Below, one piece after another: positions 36,691-46,183 of a stretch of DNA of 64,000 bases. The position numbers and the translations under genes were made by a program. Position 1 is the stretch's first letter; the number at the start of each line of letters is the position of its first letter. The stretch is from Pyrinomonadaceae bacterium. GTDB taxonomy: Bacteria; Acidobacteriota; Blastocatellia; Pyrinomonadales; Pyrinomonadaceae. The stretch spans positions 1,131 through 65,130 of the forward strand of contig DASYTZ010000142.1 in NCBI GenBank assembly GCA_036001745.1. The letters are read 5' to 3'. Under the pieces are notes generated by a model. That model was given only the letters and a program-made list of their open reading frames with translations, searched no databases and was not told the origin of the DNA.

Positions 36691-37836
36691 ATGGAATTCG
36701 AACTTACTGAAGAACAGCAACAAATGAAGATGAGCGTGCGCGAGTTCGCCGAAAGTGAGATCGCGCCGCACGTCAGCGAATGGGATGAAACGCAACATTT
36801 TCCGATTGAATTGCAGCCGAAGCTCGCAGAGCTGGGTCTGCTCGGTGTCATCTTTCCGGAAGAATACGGTGGCGCGGGACTGGGTTACGTCGAATACGCC
36901 ACGGTCATCGACGAGCTGTCGCGGGTTGATGGCTCAGTTGGGATATCGGTAGCGGCCCACACGTCGCTCTGCTCTAATCACATTTTCCAGTACGGCACCG
37001 AAGCGCAGAAACGAAAGTACCTGGTGCCGCTCGCGAATGGTGAACACCTCGGCGCATGGGGATTGACCGAGCCCGGTGCAGGTTCGGACGCATCGGGGAC
37101 ACGAACGACCGCGGTGAAGAAAGACGGCGGCTGGGTCATCAACGGCGCGAAGAACTTCATCACGCACGCGATTCACGCCGATACCTGTGTCGCGTTTGCC
37201 TCCAGCGATCGTTCGAAGCACAGCAAAGGGATTACCGGCTTCATTTTTGAAAAGGGAATGAAAGGCTTTTCGCCTTCAAAGAAGGAAAACAAGCTGGGGC
37301 TGCGCGCATCGGAAACCGCCAGTGTGATTTTTGAAGACTGCTTTGTGCCGGATGAGAATCGCGTTGGCGACGAAGGCATGGGCTTCGTGAACGCGATGGA
37401 AATTCTCGACGGTGGCCGCATCTCGATTGCGGCGTTGGCCGTCGGCATCGCGCAGGGCGCTTACGAATCGGCGCTCCGGTATTCGGGCGAGCGACAGCAA
37501 TTCGGAAAACCGATTCGCGAATTTCAGGCCATTCAATTCAAGCTCGCCGACATGGCGACCCAAATCGACGCCGCGCGGCTGCTGATGTACCGGGCCGCGT
37601 GGATGAAGGATCGAGGGAAGAAGACTACCAGGGAGTCGTCGATGGCGAAGCTGTTTGCGTCCGAGATCAGCGTGAAGGTTTGCGAAGAAGCAATTCAAAT
37701 TCACGGTGGCTATGGCTATACCAAGGATTATCCGGCGGAAAAATACTGGCGCGACTCGAAGCTCTGCACGATCGGCGAAGGCACTTCCGAGATTCAACGG
37801 ATCATCATCGCGCGCGAAATTCTCAAACAGGCCTGA
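36691..37836 (+). CDS. Acyl-CoA dehydrogenase
   Basis: The ACAD pattern is present throughout ([42 protein letters not shown]). ATG at 36691. Confidence 0.9.
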   Translation: MEFELTEEQQQMKMSVREFAESEIAPHVSEWDETQHFPIELQPKLAELGLLGVIFPEEYGGAGLGYVEYATVIDELSRVDGSVGISVAAHTSLCSNHIFQYGTEAQKRKYLVPLANGEHLGAWGLTEPGAGSDASGTRTTAVKKDGGWVINGAKNFITHAIHADTCVAFASSDRSKHSKGITGFIFEKGMKGFSPSKKENKLGLRASETASVIFEDCFVPDENRVGDEGMGFVNAMEILDGGRISIAALAVGIAQGAYESALRYSGERQQFGKPIREFQAIQFKLADMATQIDAARLLMYRAAWMKDRGKKTTRESSMAKLFASEISVKVCEEAIQIHGGYGYTKDYPAEKYWRDSKLCTIGEGTSEIQRIIIAREILKQA

Positions 37837-37843
37837 CGTTCAA

Positions 37844-38788
37844 ATGACTACGCTCATCGATCGCATCACTTCCGGCGACCCGAATGCAGTCGCTCGCGCA
37901 ATCTCACGAGTTGAAGACGGTGCGCCTGATGCTTCGGAATTGATGAAAGACGTGTTTGCGCGCACCGGCCGGGCGTTGGTGATCGGAATAACCGGCGCGC
38001 CCGGCGCTGGGAAGTCAACGATCGTGGACAAGCTCGCGGCGTTCTATCGAACAAAAGGCGAGCGCGTCGGTATCATCGCCGTCGATCCGTCGAGTCCTTT
38101 TTCCGGCGGCGCGATTCTCGGCGATCGCATTCGGATGCAGACGCTGTCGCTGGACAAGGGCGTCTTCATTCGATCGATGGCCACGCGTGGAAATCTCGGC
38201 GGTCTGGCGCGCGGAACGGTTGACGCCGTGGCGATCCTGGATGCTGCCGGTTATCAAAAGATTCTGGTTGAAACTGTCGGCGTTGGACAGGACGAAGTTG
38301 AGATCGTCAAGACCGCCGATGTTTGCGCCGTGGTGCTGGTTCCCGGCATGGGCGACGACGTACAGACGCTGAAAGCCGGCATCATGGAAATCGGTGACGT
38401 GCTCGTGCTGAACAAAGCAGACCGTGAGGGCGCTCTGCGTGCCGAAAAAGAGTTGCAGGGCCTGCTGATGTTGGCAGTGCGCGAAGATGCCTGGCAACCG
38501 ACGATCGTGAAGACGGTTGCGACTGAGAGTAAAGGCATTGAAGAGCTTGCTGCGGCGATCGAGCAGTGCCGAAAGTTTCAGCAGTCACGTCCGGAAACCA
38601 GTGAACGCCGTCGCGCCATTGCGCGTTGGCGGATTCTCGAGTTACTGCGCGAACAACTGGTGAAGCGGGCGCTGAATGGAAACGGCGCGGTCGAGAAGCT
38701 CGATCGACTGGCGGCGGAAGTCGCATCAAAACAGCGCGATCCATATTCGGCGGTGGAGCAGCTGATGAAACCAGAGGTCAAAGATTAG
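37844..38788 (+). CDS. meaB: Methylmalonyl-CoA mutase-associated G3E GTPase MeaB/ArgK
   Basis: GITGAPGAGKST, VETVGVGQ, LVLNKADR. I used the ATG at 37844 because the track start overlaps the ACAD gene. Confidence 0.85.
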   Translation: MTTLIDRITSGDPNAVARAISRVEDGAPDASELMKDVFARTGRALVIGITGAPGAGKSTIVDKLAAFYRTKGERVGIIAVDPSSPFSGGAILGDRIRMQTLSLDKGVFIRSMATRGNLGGLARGTVDAVAILDAAGYQKILVETVGVGQDEVEIVKTADVCAVVLVPGMGDDVQTLKAGIMEIGDVLVLNKADREGALRAEKELQGLLMLAVREDAWQPTIVKTVATESKGIEELAAAIEQCRKFQQSRPETSERRRAIARWRILELLREQLVKRALNGNGAVEKLDRLAAEVASKQRDPYSAVEQLMKPEVKD

Positions 38789-38790
38789 AG

Positions 38791-38872
38791 GTCAGATGTC
38801 AGACGTCAGAACCAACCGTTAGGGACGCGTGAGGTCGCTTACTGACATCTGACATCTGATCTCTGACATCTG
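38791..38872. repeat. Empty heptamer-array hairpin (GTCAGAT GTCAGAC GTCAGAA ... CTGACAT CTGACAT CTGATCT CTGACAT)
   Basis: Arms at 38791..38811 and 38842..38872, with 17 of 19 aligned positions complementary and a 30-nt loop. It fills the meaB-mce gap. It uses the same unit family as 65..98 / 561..590. Confidence 0.85.
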
Positions 38873-38877
38873 CTGTT

Positions 38878-39279
38878 ATGAAGATTCATCACATCGGCAT
38901 CGCCACGAGTGGCATCGACGGCGCTGCGGAAGTCTGGAGCGATCTGCTCGGATTGCAGGCGGGCCACACTGAAGATGTGCCGGGACAAAAAGTGCGCGTT
39001 TGCATGTTACCGGTTGGCGAATCGCGTTTGGAATTGCTCGAACCGATGTCGCCGGATTCGCCGATCTCAAAGTTTCTCGAGAAGCGTGGGGCTGGCATCC
39101 ATCATATCGCGGTGAGCGTCGAAGACATTCGCTCAGTTTTGGACGATTTGAAAGCGAAGGGCGCCAGGTTAATCGATGAAGAGCCGCGAACGGGCGCGGG
39201 CGGTTGCCTTGTCGCCTTCATTCATCCATCATCGACCGGAGGCGTATTGCTGGAACTTGTAGAAGATCCAAAACCGTAG
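38878..39279 (+). CDS. mce: Methylmalonyl-CoA epimerase (VOC family)
   Basis: MKIHHIGIAT...ELLEP...GAGIHHIAVSVEDI...GGVLLELVE is typical of MCE. Confidence 0.85.
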   Translation: MKIHHIGIATSGIDGAAEVWSDLLGLQAGHTEDVPGQKVRVCMLPVGESRLELLEPMSPDSPISKFLEKRGAGIHHIAVSVEDIRSVLDDLKAKGARLIDEEPRTGAGGCLVAFIHPSSTGGVLLELVEDPKP

Positions 39280-39298
39280 ACCCTCGGTTTTCTATTTT
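39270..39298 (+). terminator. Weak candidate terminator overlapping the mce stop
   Basis: AAAACCG-TAGACCCT-CGGTTTT followed by CTATTTT. The 7-bp stem is AU-rich. Confidence 0.3.
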
Positions 39299-39312
39299 GA
39301 AAGGATTTTGTT

Positions 39313-40545
39313 TTGAACTCAATTACCAAAGCCTGGATTGCCGCCGGTGTCGGCATTCTTTTTTCCGTTAGCCTGATTTTTTGGCAGGTGCGCGCCAGTC
39401 ACGCCGCGGCTATTAATCTTAGCGCCGATGACATGTCGCTGATTGCCGCCGATCAGGCGCCGCAGATGCGCATGCGTCTGGCTTCGGACGACGCCGCGCG
39501 TAGAGAATTCGCGAAAAATGTTCGCGAGCTGTTTGCGGTCGCAGAGGAAGCTCGCGCTAAGGGTTTCGCGAACCGTCCCGAGGTCAAGCGTCAGCTCGAG
39601 TTGATGCGCGCGTTCCTCATTTCTCAAAACTACTCGCAAACGCAGGCGGCTGGGCCGGTGACGGACGCAGAGGTCGAAAACTTTTTCAAAGAGCCGGGTC
39701 AGGAAGAGCGTTTGAAGCAATTCATTGCCGACGCGCAAGCGCGCAATCCGATGATGAAGGGGCAACAAATTCCCGAAGAGCAGATGAAGGAAATCCGGCA
39801 GCAGTTTGGGCAAGTGCTGATTGCCGAACGTCGCGGAGTTGCCGCCGGCATCGATCAGCAACGAAAGGTGCAGTTGCAGATCATGCTGCAACAAGCGCGT
39901 CTGCTTGCCTCGATGTACGAAGAAGAGAGCCTGGCGAAATCCGTAAAGGCCACGCAGGCGGAGATCGATGAATACCTCAAAACGCATCCCGAAGAGCAGG
40001 TGCACGCGCGCCACATTCTCATCTCGATCAAATCGCCGGACGCTCCTTCTGAAGGAGGGCTGGATAAAGCTCAGGCGCGCGTGAAAGCGGAAGAAGTTTT
40101 GAAGCGCGTGAAGGCAGGCGAGAGCTTTGAATCGCTGGCGAAGGAATACTCCACCGATCCGGGCAGCAAAGAGAGTGGCGGCGACCTCGGGTGGTTTGGT
40201 CGCGGTCGCATGGTCCCAGAGTTCGAAAAGGCGGCGTTCGCTTTGCAGACGGGACAGACCAGCGAGATCGTCGAGTCACCATTCGGCTTTCACATCATAA
40301 AAGTCGAAGGTCGTCGCAATGGCGATCCGCAGCAAGCCGCCCAGGAGGCCGAGCAAGAGAAAGAGAAGAAGCTCATCGAAGAAATCGTGAAGCGACAGAG
40401 CGGCCACATCACGATTGCTGATAACTTTGCCGTGCAAGCGCCGCCTCCGCCGCAGATGCAACAGGGGCTGCCGTTCGCGCCCGAGGCGCCACCGGCAACT
40501 TCATCTCCGGCTCCGAGAGGCAAGAGCTCACCGAAGAAGCGCTAA
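39313..40545 (+). CDS. Parvulin-type peptidyl-prolyl isomerase (SurA/PrsA-like), exported
   Basis: HARHILI...GGDLGWFGRGRMVPEFEKAAFAL...SPFGFHIIKV is a parvulin domain. N-terminal anchor. TTG start, which is uncertain. Confidence 0.8.
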   Translation: MNSITKAWIAAGVGILFSVSLIFWQVRASHAAAINLSADDMSLIAADQAPQMRMRLASDDAARREFAKNVRELFAVAEEARAKGFANRPEVKRQLELMRAFLISQNYSQTQAAGPVTDAEVENFFKEPGQEERLKQFIADAQARNPMMKGQQIPEEQMKEIRQQFGQVLIAERRGVAAGIDQQRKVQLQIMLQQARLLASMYEEESLAKSVKATQAEIDEYLKTHPEEQVHARHILISIKSPDAPSEGGLDKAQARVKAEEVLKRVKAGESFESLAKEYSTDPGSKESGGDLGWFGRGRMVPEFEKAAFALQTGQTSEIVESPFGFHIIKVEGRRNGDPQQAAQEAEQEKEKKLIEEIVKRQSGHITIADNFAVQAPPPPQMQQGLPFAPEAPPATSSPAPRGKSSPKKR

Positions 40546-40557
40546 TCTTTTTTGGCG

Positions 40558-41394
40558 ATGAAGTTTGGCGACTATCGCGTCGAAATCGTACCTGATTGTG
40601 AGTTTCGACTCGACGGCGGGGCAATGTTCGGCGTTGTGCCGCGCAACCTTTGGTCGAAATTCTGCCCCCCGGACGATCAGAATCGGATTCGCATGAGCAT
40701 GAACTGCGTGTTTATCGAAGCGGGCAACGAGCGGGTGCTGATCGAGACTGGCATCGGCGATAAATGGTCCGAGAAGCATCGGGCGATGTACGGCATCGAT
40801 CGCCGGCGGAGTCTGGCTGAGTCAGTGCAAGACGTTGGTGGCGTGACGCCGGAAGAAGTAACGATTGTGGTTAACACGCATCTGCATTTCGATCACGCCG
40901 GCGGGAATACAAAGTTGGACGAGTCAGGGAAAGCCGTGCCGCAGTTTCCTAAGGCGCGCTACTTCATATCTCAGGCGGAGTACGAACACGCTGAGTCGCC
41001 AACCGATCGTGACAAGGCGAGCTATTTTCCTGAGAACTGGCGGCCGTTGAAAGAGAGTGGACAATTGGAACTTAAGCCTGCGAGTTATGAGGTCGTACCG
41101 GGACTAACGATGGAAACGTATCCAGGTCACAATCGTTCAATGCAGTGTTGGCGCTTGCAACAGAACGGTCGGACGCTGTTTGGATTTGCGGACCTGGTCC
41201 CGATGCGCGCGCACGTGCCGTTCGCGTGGGTGATGGGTTACGACCTTTATCCGGTCGAAACGGTGGAGGCGAAAAAGAAGTTGTTGCCGCAAGCGGCGCG
41301 CGAAAGATGGACGTGTTTGTTTTATCACGATCCGGAGCAGCCTTTAGGTAGAATAGTTCCGAGTGATAAAGGCTTTCGGGCTGAATATGTCTAG
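40558..41394 (+). CDS. MBL-fold metallo-hydrolase
   Basis: NTHLHFDHAGGN motif. ATG at 40558 (track TTG at 40552). Confidence 0.8.
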   Translation: MKFGDYRVEIVPDCEFRLDGGAMFGVVPRNLWSKFCPPDDQNRIRMSMNCVFIEAGNERVLIETGIGDKWSEKHRAMYGIDRRRSLAESVQDVGGVTPEEVTIVVNTHLHFDHAGGNTKLDESGKAVPQFPKARYFISQAEYEHAESPTDRDKASYFPENWRPLKESGQLELKPASYEVVPGLTMETYPGHNRSMQCWRLQQNGRTLFGFADLVPMRAHVPFAWVMGYDLYPVETVEAKKKLLPQAARERWTCLFYHDPEQPLGRIVPSDKGFRAEYV

Positions 41395-41402
41395 CGTTCC
41401 GT

Positions 41403-41657
41403 ATGTCTCAAAAGACGAAGTTCCTCGAACAAGTTCTCAGCGGTCGGGCTGATGCGAATATCAATTTCAACCAGTTGTTAGGACTTCTGCGAAGTTTTGA
41501 GTTTGAGGAGCGCATCAAGGGTAGTCACCACATCTTTACTCGTTCAGGCGTTGGAGAAATACTGAACCTACAACCAAAAGGGGCCAAGGCAAAGTCGTAT
41601 CAGGTGAAGCAAGTGCGACAAGTAATCCTAAAGTACCGCTTGGGAGGAGATGTATGA
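41403..41657 (+). CDS. hicA: Type II toxin HicA family (mRNA interferase)
   Basis: FEFEERIKGSHHIFTRSG...YQVKQVRQVI matches the HicA/YcfA pattern with the GSHH motif. Confidence 0.8.
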   Translation: MSQKTKFLEQVLSGRADANINFNQLLGLLRSFEFEERIKGSHHIFTRSGVGEILNLQPKGAKAKSYQVKQVRQVILKYRLGGDV

Positions 41658-41863
41658 GTAAGTATGAAGTGATCATCTATTGGAGCGAAGAAGACCAGGC
41701 GTATCTCGCTGAAGTTCCCGAATTGCCGGGCTGTATGGCTGATGGCTCTACCTATCAAGAAGCGCTCGCGAATGCCGAAACTATTATTCAAGAGTGGATT
41801 GAAACAGCGACCGAACTGGGACGCCCAATTCCGGAACCAAAAGGTCGACTAACTTATGCGTAG
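41654..41863 (+). CDS. hicB: HicB-family antitoxin (UPF0150 N-domain only)
   Basis: YEVIIYWSEEDQAYLAEVPELPGCMADGSTYQEALANAETIIQEWIE. ATGA overlap with hicA. Confidence 0.8.
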   Translation: MSKYEVIIYWSEEDQAYLAEVPELPGCMADGSTYQEALANAETIIQEWIETATELGRPIPEPKGRLTYA

Positions 41864-41866
41864 ATC

Positions 41867-42739
41867 ATGACAGCAGCAAAAATCGGAATCATGGGCGGCA
41901 GTGGGCTGTATCAGATGCCCGAACTCACGGACGTCGAAGAGATCGAAGTCCAGACTCCGTTCGGAAATCCTTCTGACAAGTTTATTCTCGGGACGCTTGA
42001 AGGCGAGCGGGTTGCGTTTCTGCCGCGACACGGTGTTGGCCATCGGTTCACCCCGACAGAGGTTCCGTTTCGCGCGAACATCTACGCGATGAAGCTACTC
42101 GGAGTTGAGCAAATTCTGTCCGCGTCGGCAGTTGGGTCGTTGCAGGAAAAGTACGCGCCGCTCGACATGGTGATTCCCGATCAGTTCTTCGATCGGACGC
42201 GCGGTCGAGTTCGCGAATCAACCTTCTTCGGCGAAGGCATCGTGGCGCATATTGCGTTCGCGCATCCCGTCTGTGCATCACTGGGAGACGCGCTCGAAGC
42301 GTCGTGCAAAGAGACGAATGTCAACGTACATCGCGGCGGAAGGTACATCTGCATGGAAGGGCCGGCGTTTTCGACATTCGCCGAATCCAACGTTTATCGT
42401 TCGTGGGGCATGGATATCATCGGCATGACTAACTTGCAGGAAGCGAAGCTCGCGCGCGAAGCGGAGATTTGTTACGCGACGCTGGCGCTGGTGACCGATT
42501 ACGATTGCTGGCATCCTGGACATGATGCTGTGACAGTAGAAACGGTGATCGAGTACTTGAGTCAGAATGTGCGAAATGCACAGCTAATCATCAAGGGCGC
42601 GGTCAAAACCCTGTCCGGTCAACCACGAGATTGTAAATGCGGTTCCGCGCTGAAAAATGCGATCTTTACCGCGCCTGACCTTTGGCCGGAAGCAACCGTG
42701 CGGAAGCTGCAAGCCATCATTGGTAAGTACGGGAAGTAG
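41867..42739 (+). CDS. mtnP: S-methyl-5'-thioadenosine phosphorylase
   Basis: [10 protein letters not shown]...[30 protein letters not shown]...[15 protein letters not shown]. Confidence 0.9.
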   Translation: MTAAKIGIMGGSGLYQMPELTDVEEIEVQTPFGNPSDKFILGTLEGERVAFLPRHGVGHRFTPTEVPFRANIYAMKLLGVEQILSASAVGSLQEKYAPLDMVIPDQFFDRTRGRVRESTFFGEGIVAHIAFAHPVCASLGDALEASCKETNVNVHRGGRYICMEGPAFSTFAESNVYRSWGMDIIGMTNLQEAKLAREAEICYATLALVTDYDCWHPGHDAVTVETVIEYLSQNVRNAQLIIKGAVKTLSGQPRDCKCGSALKNAIFTAPDLWPEATVRKLQAIIGKYGK

Positions 42740-42764
42740 TCTCAGTTTTCGAGTTGGAGTTGAT

Positions 42765-43256
42765 ATGAGAAAGATTCTGTTCCTGACAACGTTGATGGCG
42801 GTTCTGCTGGGCGTGCAGTCGATCGTTTACGCGCAGGGCGGCGCGAAGCAGGGACCGCAGGCCAGCCGTGATTTGGAGTTGGACAAGGATTCGCTGCACA
42901 ACCTTGAAGTTGCGCGCCACTATTTCAAACTGAAGAAAGCTTACGTGGCGGCGCTACAGCGGTGCGAAGAAATAAAAGCAGCCAATCCAACGTTCTATAA
43001 GATTGACGAGGTCTTGTATATCGCGGGTGAAAGCAGCCTCAACCTCGCTGCAGGAAAGGGGAGGCAGAAACCCTCGCTCTACGTGGTTCGTGAAGGCGAG
43101 ACCAAACGCACGCCCACGCCCGACGAGTTTCGCGACATGGCGCGCGATTACTTTTCGCAGTTGGTGAACAGTTATCCAGAAAGTTCTTTTCGCGGTCAAG
43201 CAGAAGACGCGCTCCGCGCGCTCGGTGGACCGAAGCCAAAGAGCAGTGGGCAGTAG
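42765..43256 (+). CDS. Exported small TPR-like protein, BamD-like (tentative)
   Basis: Signal peptide MRKILFLTTLMAVLLGVQSIVYAQ. ARHYFKLKKAYVAALQRCEEI and LVNSYPESSFRGQAEDALRAL resemble BamD/YfiO half-TPRs. The stop codon lies inside the heptamer array. Confidence 0.55.
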   Translation: MRKILFLTTLMAVLLGVQSIVYAQGGAKQGPQASRDLELDKDSLHNLEVARHYFKLKKAYVAALQRCEEIKAANPTFYKIDEVLYIAGESSLNLAAGKGRQKPSLYVVREGETKRTPTPDEFRDMARDYFSQLVNSYPESSFRGQAEDALRALGGPKPKSSGQ

Positions 43257-43298
43257 CAAGCGGGCAGTGAGCAGTGGGCAGTAGGCAGTAGGCAGTGG
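43243..43298. repeat. Eight tandem heptamers, consensus GCAGTRG
   Basis: GCAGTGG GCAGTAG CAAGCGG GCAGTGA GCAGTGG GCAGTAG GCAGTAG GCAGTGG, read directly. I saw no complementary arm nearby. Confidence 0.9.
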
Positions 43299-43320
43299 AG
43301 GCGCTACGTTCGTTCAGTTC

Positions 43321-43355
43321 AAAATCCCAAATCTAAAATCAGAAATCGAAAATCC
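43321..43355. repeat. Five tandem A-rich heptamers (AAAATCN)
   Basis: AAAATCC CAAATCT AAAATCA GAAATCG AAAATCC, immediately before the ATG at 43360. Confidence 0.7.
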
Positions 43356-43359
43356 AGAC

Positions 43360-44298
43360 ATGTCCCTTCTCGTCGTCGGTTCCGTCGCCTTTGATTCAGT
43401 CGAAACTCCTTTTGGTAAACGCGAGCAGATGCTCGGAGGGTCGGCGTCTCACTTTTCGATCTCGGCCAGCTTCTTCAGTGAGGTGCGCGTGGTTGCGGTC
43501 GTCGGCGGTGATTTCGGTGACGAAGAGCGCGCAGTGTTTGAGCGCCGCAACGTTGATACGACTGACCTGGAGGTTGTTGCTGACGGCAAGACTTTTCGCT
43601 GGTTTGGTCGCTACGAGTACGACTTGAATGTCGCGCACACGCTGGATACGCATCTGAATGTGTTTGCCGGTTTTCAGCCAAAACTTTCAGACGGTTCGAA
43701 GAATTCACGATTGGTCTTCCTTGGTAATATTCAGCCGGACCTGCAGCGCCGCGTGCGCGAACAGGTTCCCCACGCGGAACTGGTCGCTCTCGACACGATG
43801 AATCTTTGGATCAATACAACGCGCGACAGCTTGCAGAAGACAATCGAAGTCGTTGACCTGCTGATCGTAAACGACGCTGAGGCGCGGCAACTTGCAGAAG
43901 AGCCGAATTTGATCAAGGCTGCGCGCAAAATCCTTTCGTGGGGTCCGCACACTCTGATTGTGAAGCGCGGCGAGTACGGCGCGGCGATGTTCACGAAGAA
44001 CGAGTACTTTGCAATTCCCGCTTACCCGCTGGAATCAGTTTTTGATCCGACTGGTGCAGGAGACACTTTCGCCGGAGGCTTGATGGGCTATCTCGGCAGT
44101 CAGGAAAAGCTCGATGAAGCGGCGCTGCGCCGGGCGATGATCTTTGGCTCGGTGATGGCGTCGTTCAACGTCGAAGAGTTTGGCACTGAGCGCGTCCAGC
44201 GTCTGACTCACGACGAGATCAATAAACGCTTTCGCGACTTCAAACGGTTCACTAACTTCGAAGAGATTCCGTTTGAGCGGGCGGTGCGGGCCATATGA
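43360..44298 (+). CDS. PfkB-family sugar/nucleoside kinase
   Basis: DPTGAGDTFAGG ATP-binding motif and N-terminal LVVGSVAFD. Confidence 0.85.
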   Translation: MSLLVVGSVAFDSVETPFGKREQMLGGSASHFSISASFFSEVRVVAVVGGDFGDEERAVFERRNVDTTDLEVVADGKTFRWFGRYEYDLNVAHTLDTHLNVFAGFQPKLSDGSKNSRLVFLGNIQPDLQRRVREQVPHAELVALDTMNLWINTTRDSLQKTIEVVDLLIVNDAEARQLAEEPNLIKAARKILSWGPHTLIVKRGEYGAAMFTKNEYFAIPAYPLESVFDPTGAGDTFAGGLMGYLGSQEKLDEAALRRAMIFGSVMASFNVEEFGTERVQRLTHDEINKRFRDFKRFTNFEEIPFERAVRAI

Positions 44299-44376
44299 CC
44301 CAAAGGGTTCGCTTCGCGATGATTTCGCTTCCGCAAATGGCGCATTCCAACTGATTTTCCGGTATTCTTGTCACCG

Positions 44377-45435
44377 ATGCGCGTTCTAATCGTCAGACTC
44401 TCATCGATGGGTGACGTTGTGCATACGCTGCCGGCGCTTACGGACGCTGCACGCGCACATCCAGCAATCCGATTCGATTGGGCGGTCGATGAAGCGTTTG
44501 CTGATATTCCCGCTTGGCATTCGCACGTTGATCGAGTATTTCCTGTTGATCTTCGTCGTTGGCGAAGGGGTCTGACATCAGCGAGCGGACGCGCTGCAAT
44601 TAGAGAAGAGTTGAGATCGATTCGATCTCAACAATACGACGTGATCGTCGACTTGCAGGGCGAGTTCAAAAGCGCATTCGTCGCTCGTCTGGCTCGGGGC
44701 GCGCGTCACGGATATGACGGCGCGTCTGCGCGCGAATGGGGCGCGCAGCTCGTTTATCGCCATCGATATGCGGTCGCCAAAGGCGTTCATTCAATGACGC
44801 GCATGCGGAAACTGCTCTCGCAGGCGCTGTCGTATTCCTACGATGAACAGGTGATCGATTATGGAATTCAACGTGAGCGGCTGGCGTCGCCTGCGCTCAA
44901 TGTCGGTCGACCCTACGTGGTTTTCATTCACAGCACGAGTTGGCAATCAAAAAATTGGCCCGAGCAGTATTGGAGCGACCTGGCTGAGCGTGTGACGACA
45001 GCGGGATTTTCGATCGTGCTACCGTGGGGGAGCGAAGCCGAGCGCGCACAATCTCTGCGCATCGCGAACGGCCACGCGAACACAATCGTCTTGCCGAAGC
45101 TGTCGATTTCCGAAAAGGCTTCAATCATTGCTGGCGCCGCAGCTACCATTGGACTGGATACTGGCCTGAGTCACATTGCGGCCGCGCTCGCCGTTCCGTC
45201 GGTTACTTTGTATGGCGCCACCGATCCGAACTTGTGCGGCGCGATTGGCGAGAATCAGATTCACATCCAGTCTGACTTCGAGTGTGTTGGTTGTCATGAA
45301 AGTGTCTGCTCGTTCACGAAGAGCGATTTCAAACCTGCTTGTTTTGAAAAGGTCGAGCCGAACAAGGTCTGGCGACAACTGGAACAACTGCTGGCCGCGC
45401 CGGTAAAATCAGAACGCGTCTATCAAACTGCCTGA
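44377..45435 (+). CDS. waaC: Lipopolysaccharide heptosyltransferase I (GT9)
   Basis: MRVLIVRLSSMGDVVHTLPALTDA...IRFDWAVDEAFADIPAWH is very close to the enterobacterial WaaC N-terminus. Confidence 0.85.
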   Translation: MRVLIVRLSSMGDVVHTLPALTDAARAHPAIRFDWAVDEAFADIPAWHSHVDRVFPVDLRRWRRGLTSASGRAAIREELRSIRSQQYDVIVDLQGEFKSAFVARLARGARHGYDGASAREWGAQLVYRHRYAVAKGVHSMTRMRKLLSQALSYSYDEQVIDYGIQRERLASPALNVGRPYVVFIHSTSWQSKNWPEQYWSDLAERVTTAGFSIVLPWGSEAERAQSLRIANGHANTIVLPKLSISEKASIIAGAAATIGLDTGLSHIAAALAVPSVTLYGATDPNLCGAIGENQIHIQSDFECVGCHESVCSFTKSDFKPACFEKVEPNKVWRQLEQLLAAPVKSERVYQTA

Positions 45436-45447
45436 GAATGGAGAACT

Positions 45448-45840
45448 ATGTTTTGTCCAGTCTGCGAATCTGAATACGAAAGCGGAATCAACACCTGTCC
45501 TGACGATGGCGCTCAATTGGTCGAGCGACTTTCGCCCGAAGGCGGCGCGCAAGATGACAGTGAAGCGAAATTTGTCACGCTGCACACGTTGTCTTCGCCC
45601 ATGGAAGCTGAAATGGTCAACGACATCATGCGGCAGAACGGCGTGCGGTCAGTCGTGCAGTCGGGCGGAAATGACGCGTTCTCGCCAGTGTTTTCCGCAG
45701 TGTCGCCCGGCGCGGCCGTGTTGGTGGATGAACGCGATCTCGATCAGGCAAGGGAACTCTACGCCTCGTTTTTTGGCGACGACACATCACCGCTGACCGG
45801 CCCCGCAGACGAAATTGAAGACGAAACAGAAGCGGAATGA
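45448..45840 (+). CDS. DUF2007-like small protein with an N-terminal zinc-ribbon-like CxxC
   Basis: MFCPVCESEYESGINTCPDDG, then ...SPMEAEMVNDIMRQNGV... GGAGAA RBS. ATGA overlap with cutA. Confidence 0.65.
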   Translation: MFCPVCESEYESGINTCPDDGAQLVERLSPEGGAQDDSEAKFVTLHTLSSPMEAEMVNDIMRQNGVRSVVQSGGNDAFSPVFSAVSPGAAVLVDERDLDQARELYASFFGDDTSPLTGPADEIEDETEAE

Positions 45841-46160
45841 CAGACGCGATCGTTGTCTTCATGACGGCCGCGAGCCCTGACGAGGCGCGAGGCATCGCCG
45901 ATCACCTGGTCAGCTCGCAATTGGCTGCCTGCGTGCAAGTCCTGCCGGAAATCGAATCAGTCTATCGTTGGAAAGGTGAAGTTCAGCACGAGAAGGAAGT
46001 GCTGGTTCTGGCCAAGACAACCGCGGCGCAATTCGCGGAATTGGAAAAAGCTGTGCGCGCAATTCACAGCTACGAAACGCCTGAGATTGTCGCAGTGTCG
46101 ATGTCGGCCGTCTCGGAACCGTATCGCGCGTGGTTGGTTGAGAACGTTGGCGCTGAATAA
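45837..46160 (+). CDS. cutA: Divalent-cation tolerance protein CutA
   Basis: LAACVQVLPEIESVYRWKGEVQHEKEVLVLAKT...HSYETPEIV. Confidence 0.85.
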   Translation: MTDAIVVFMTAASPDEARGIADHLVSSQLAACVQVLPEIESVYRWKGEVQHEKEVLVLAKTTAAQFAELEKAVRAIHSYETPEIVAVSMSAVSEPYRAWLVENVGAE

Positions 46161-46183
46161 CTTTTGCGTCGTGAGAAGCGGCG

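Noticed and set aside
37706-37843. Long N-terminal extensions in the ORF track (37706, 36652, 35758, 31405, 42657, 17002, 11244, 3254, 58809, 54787)
   Set aside because: Each extension overlaps the preceding gene or a repeat and precedes an ATG/GTG with better context, where the conserved protein family begins. The starts were trimmed accordingly.
43243-43355. CRISPR array, considered for this and the other short tandem arrays (65-98, 561-590, 38791-38872, 2465-2558)
   Set aside because: The repeat period is 7-9 nt with no unique spacers, and the window has no cas genes. These are simple tandem or inverted repeats.
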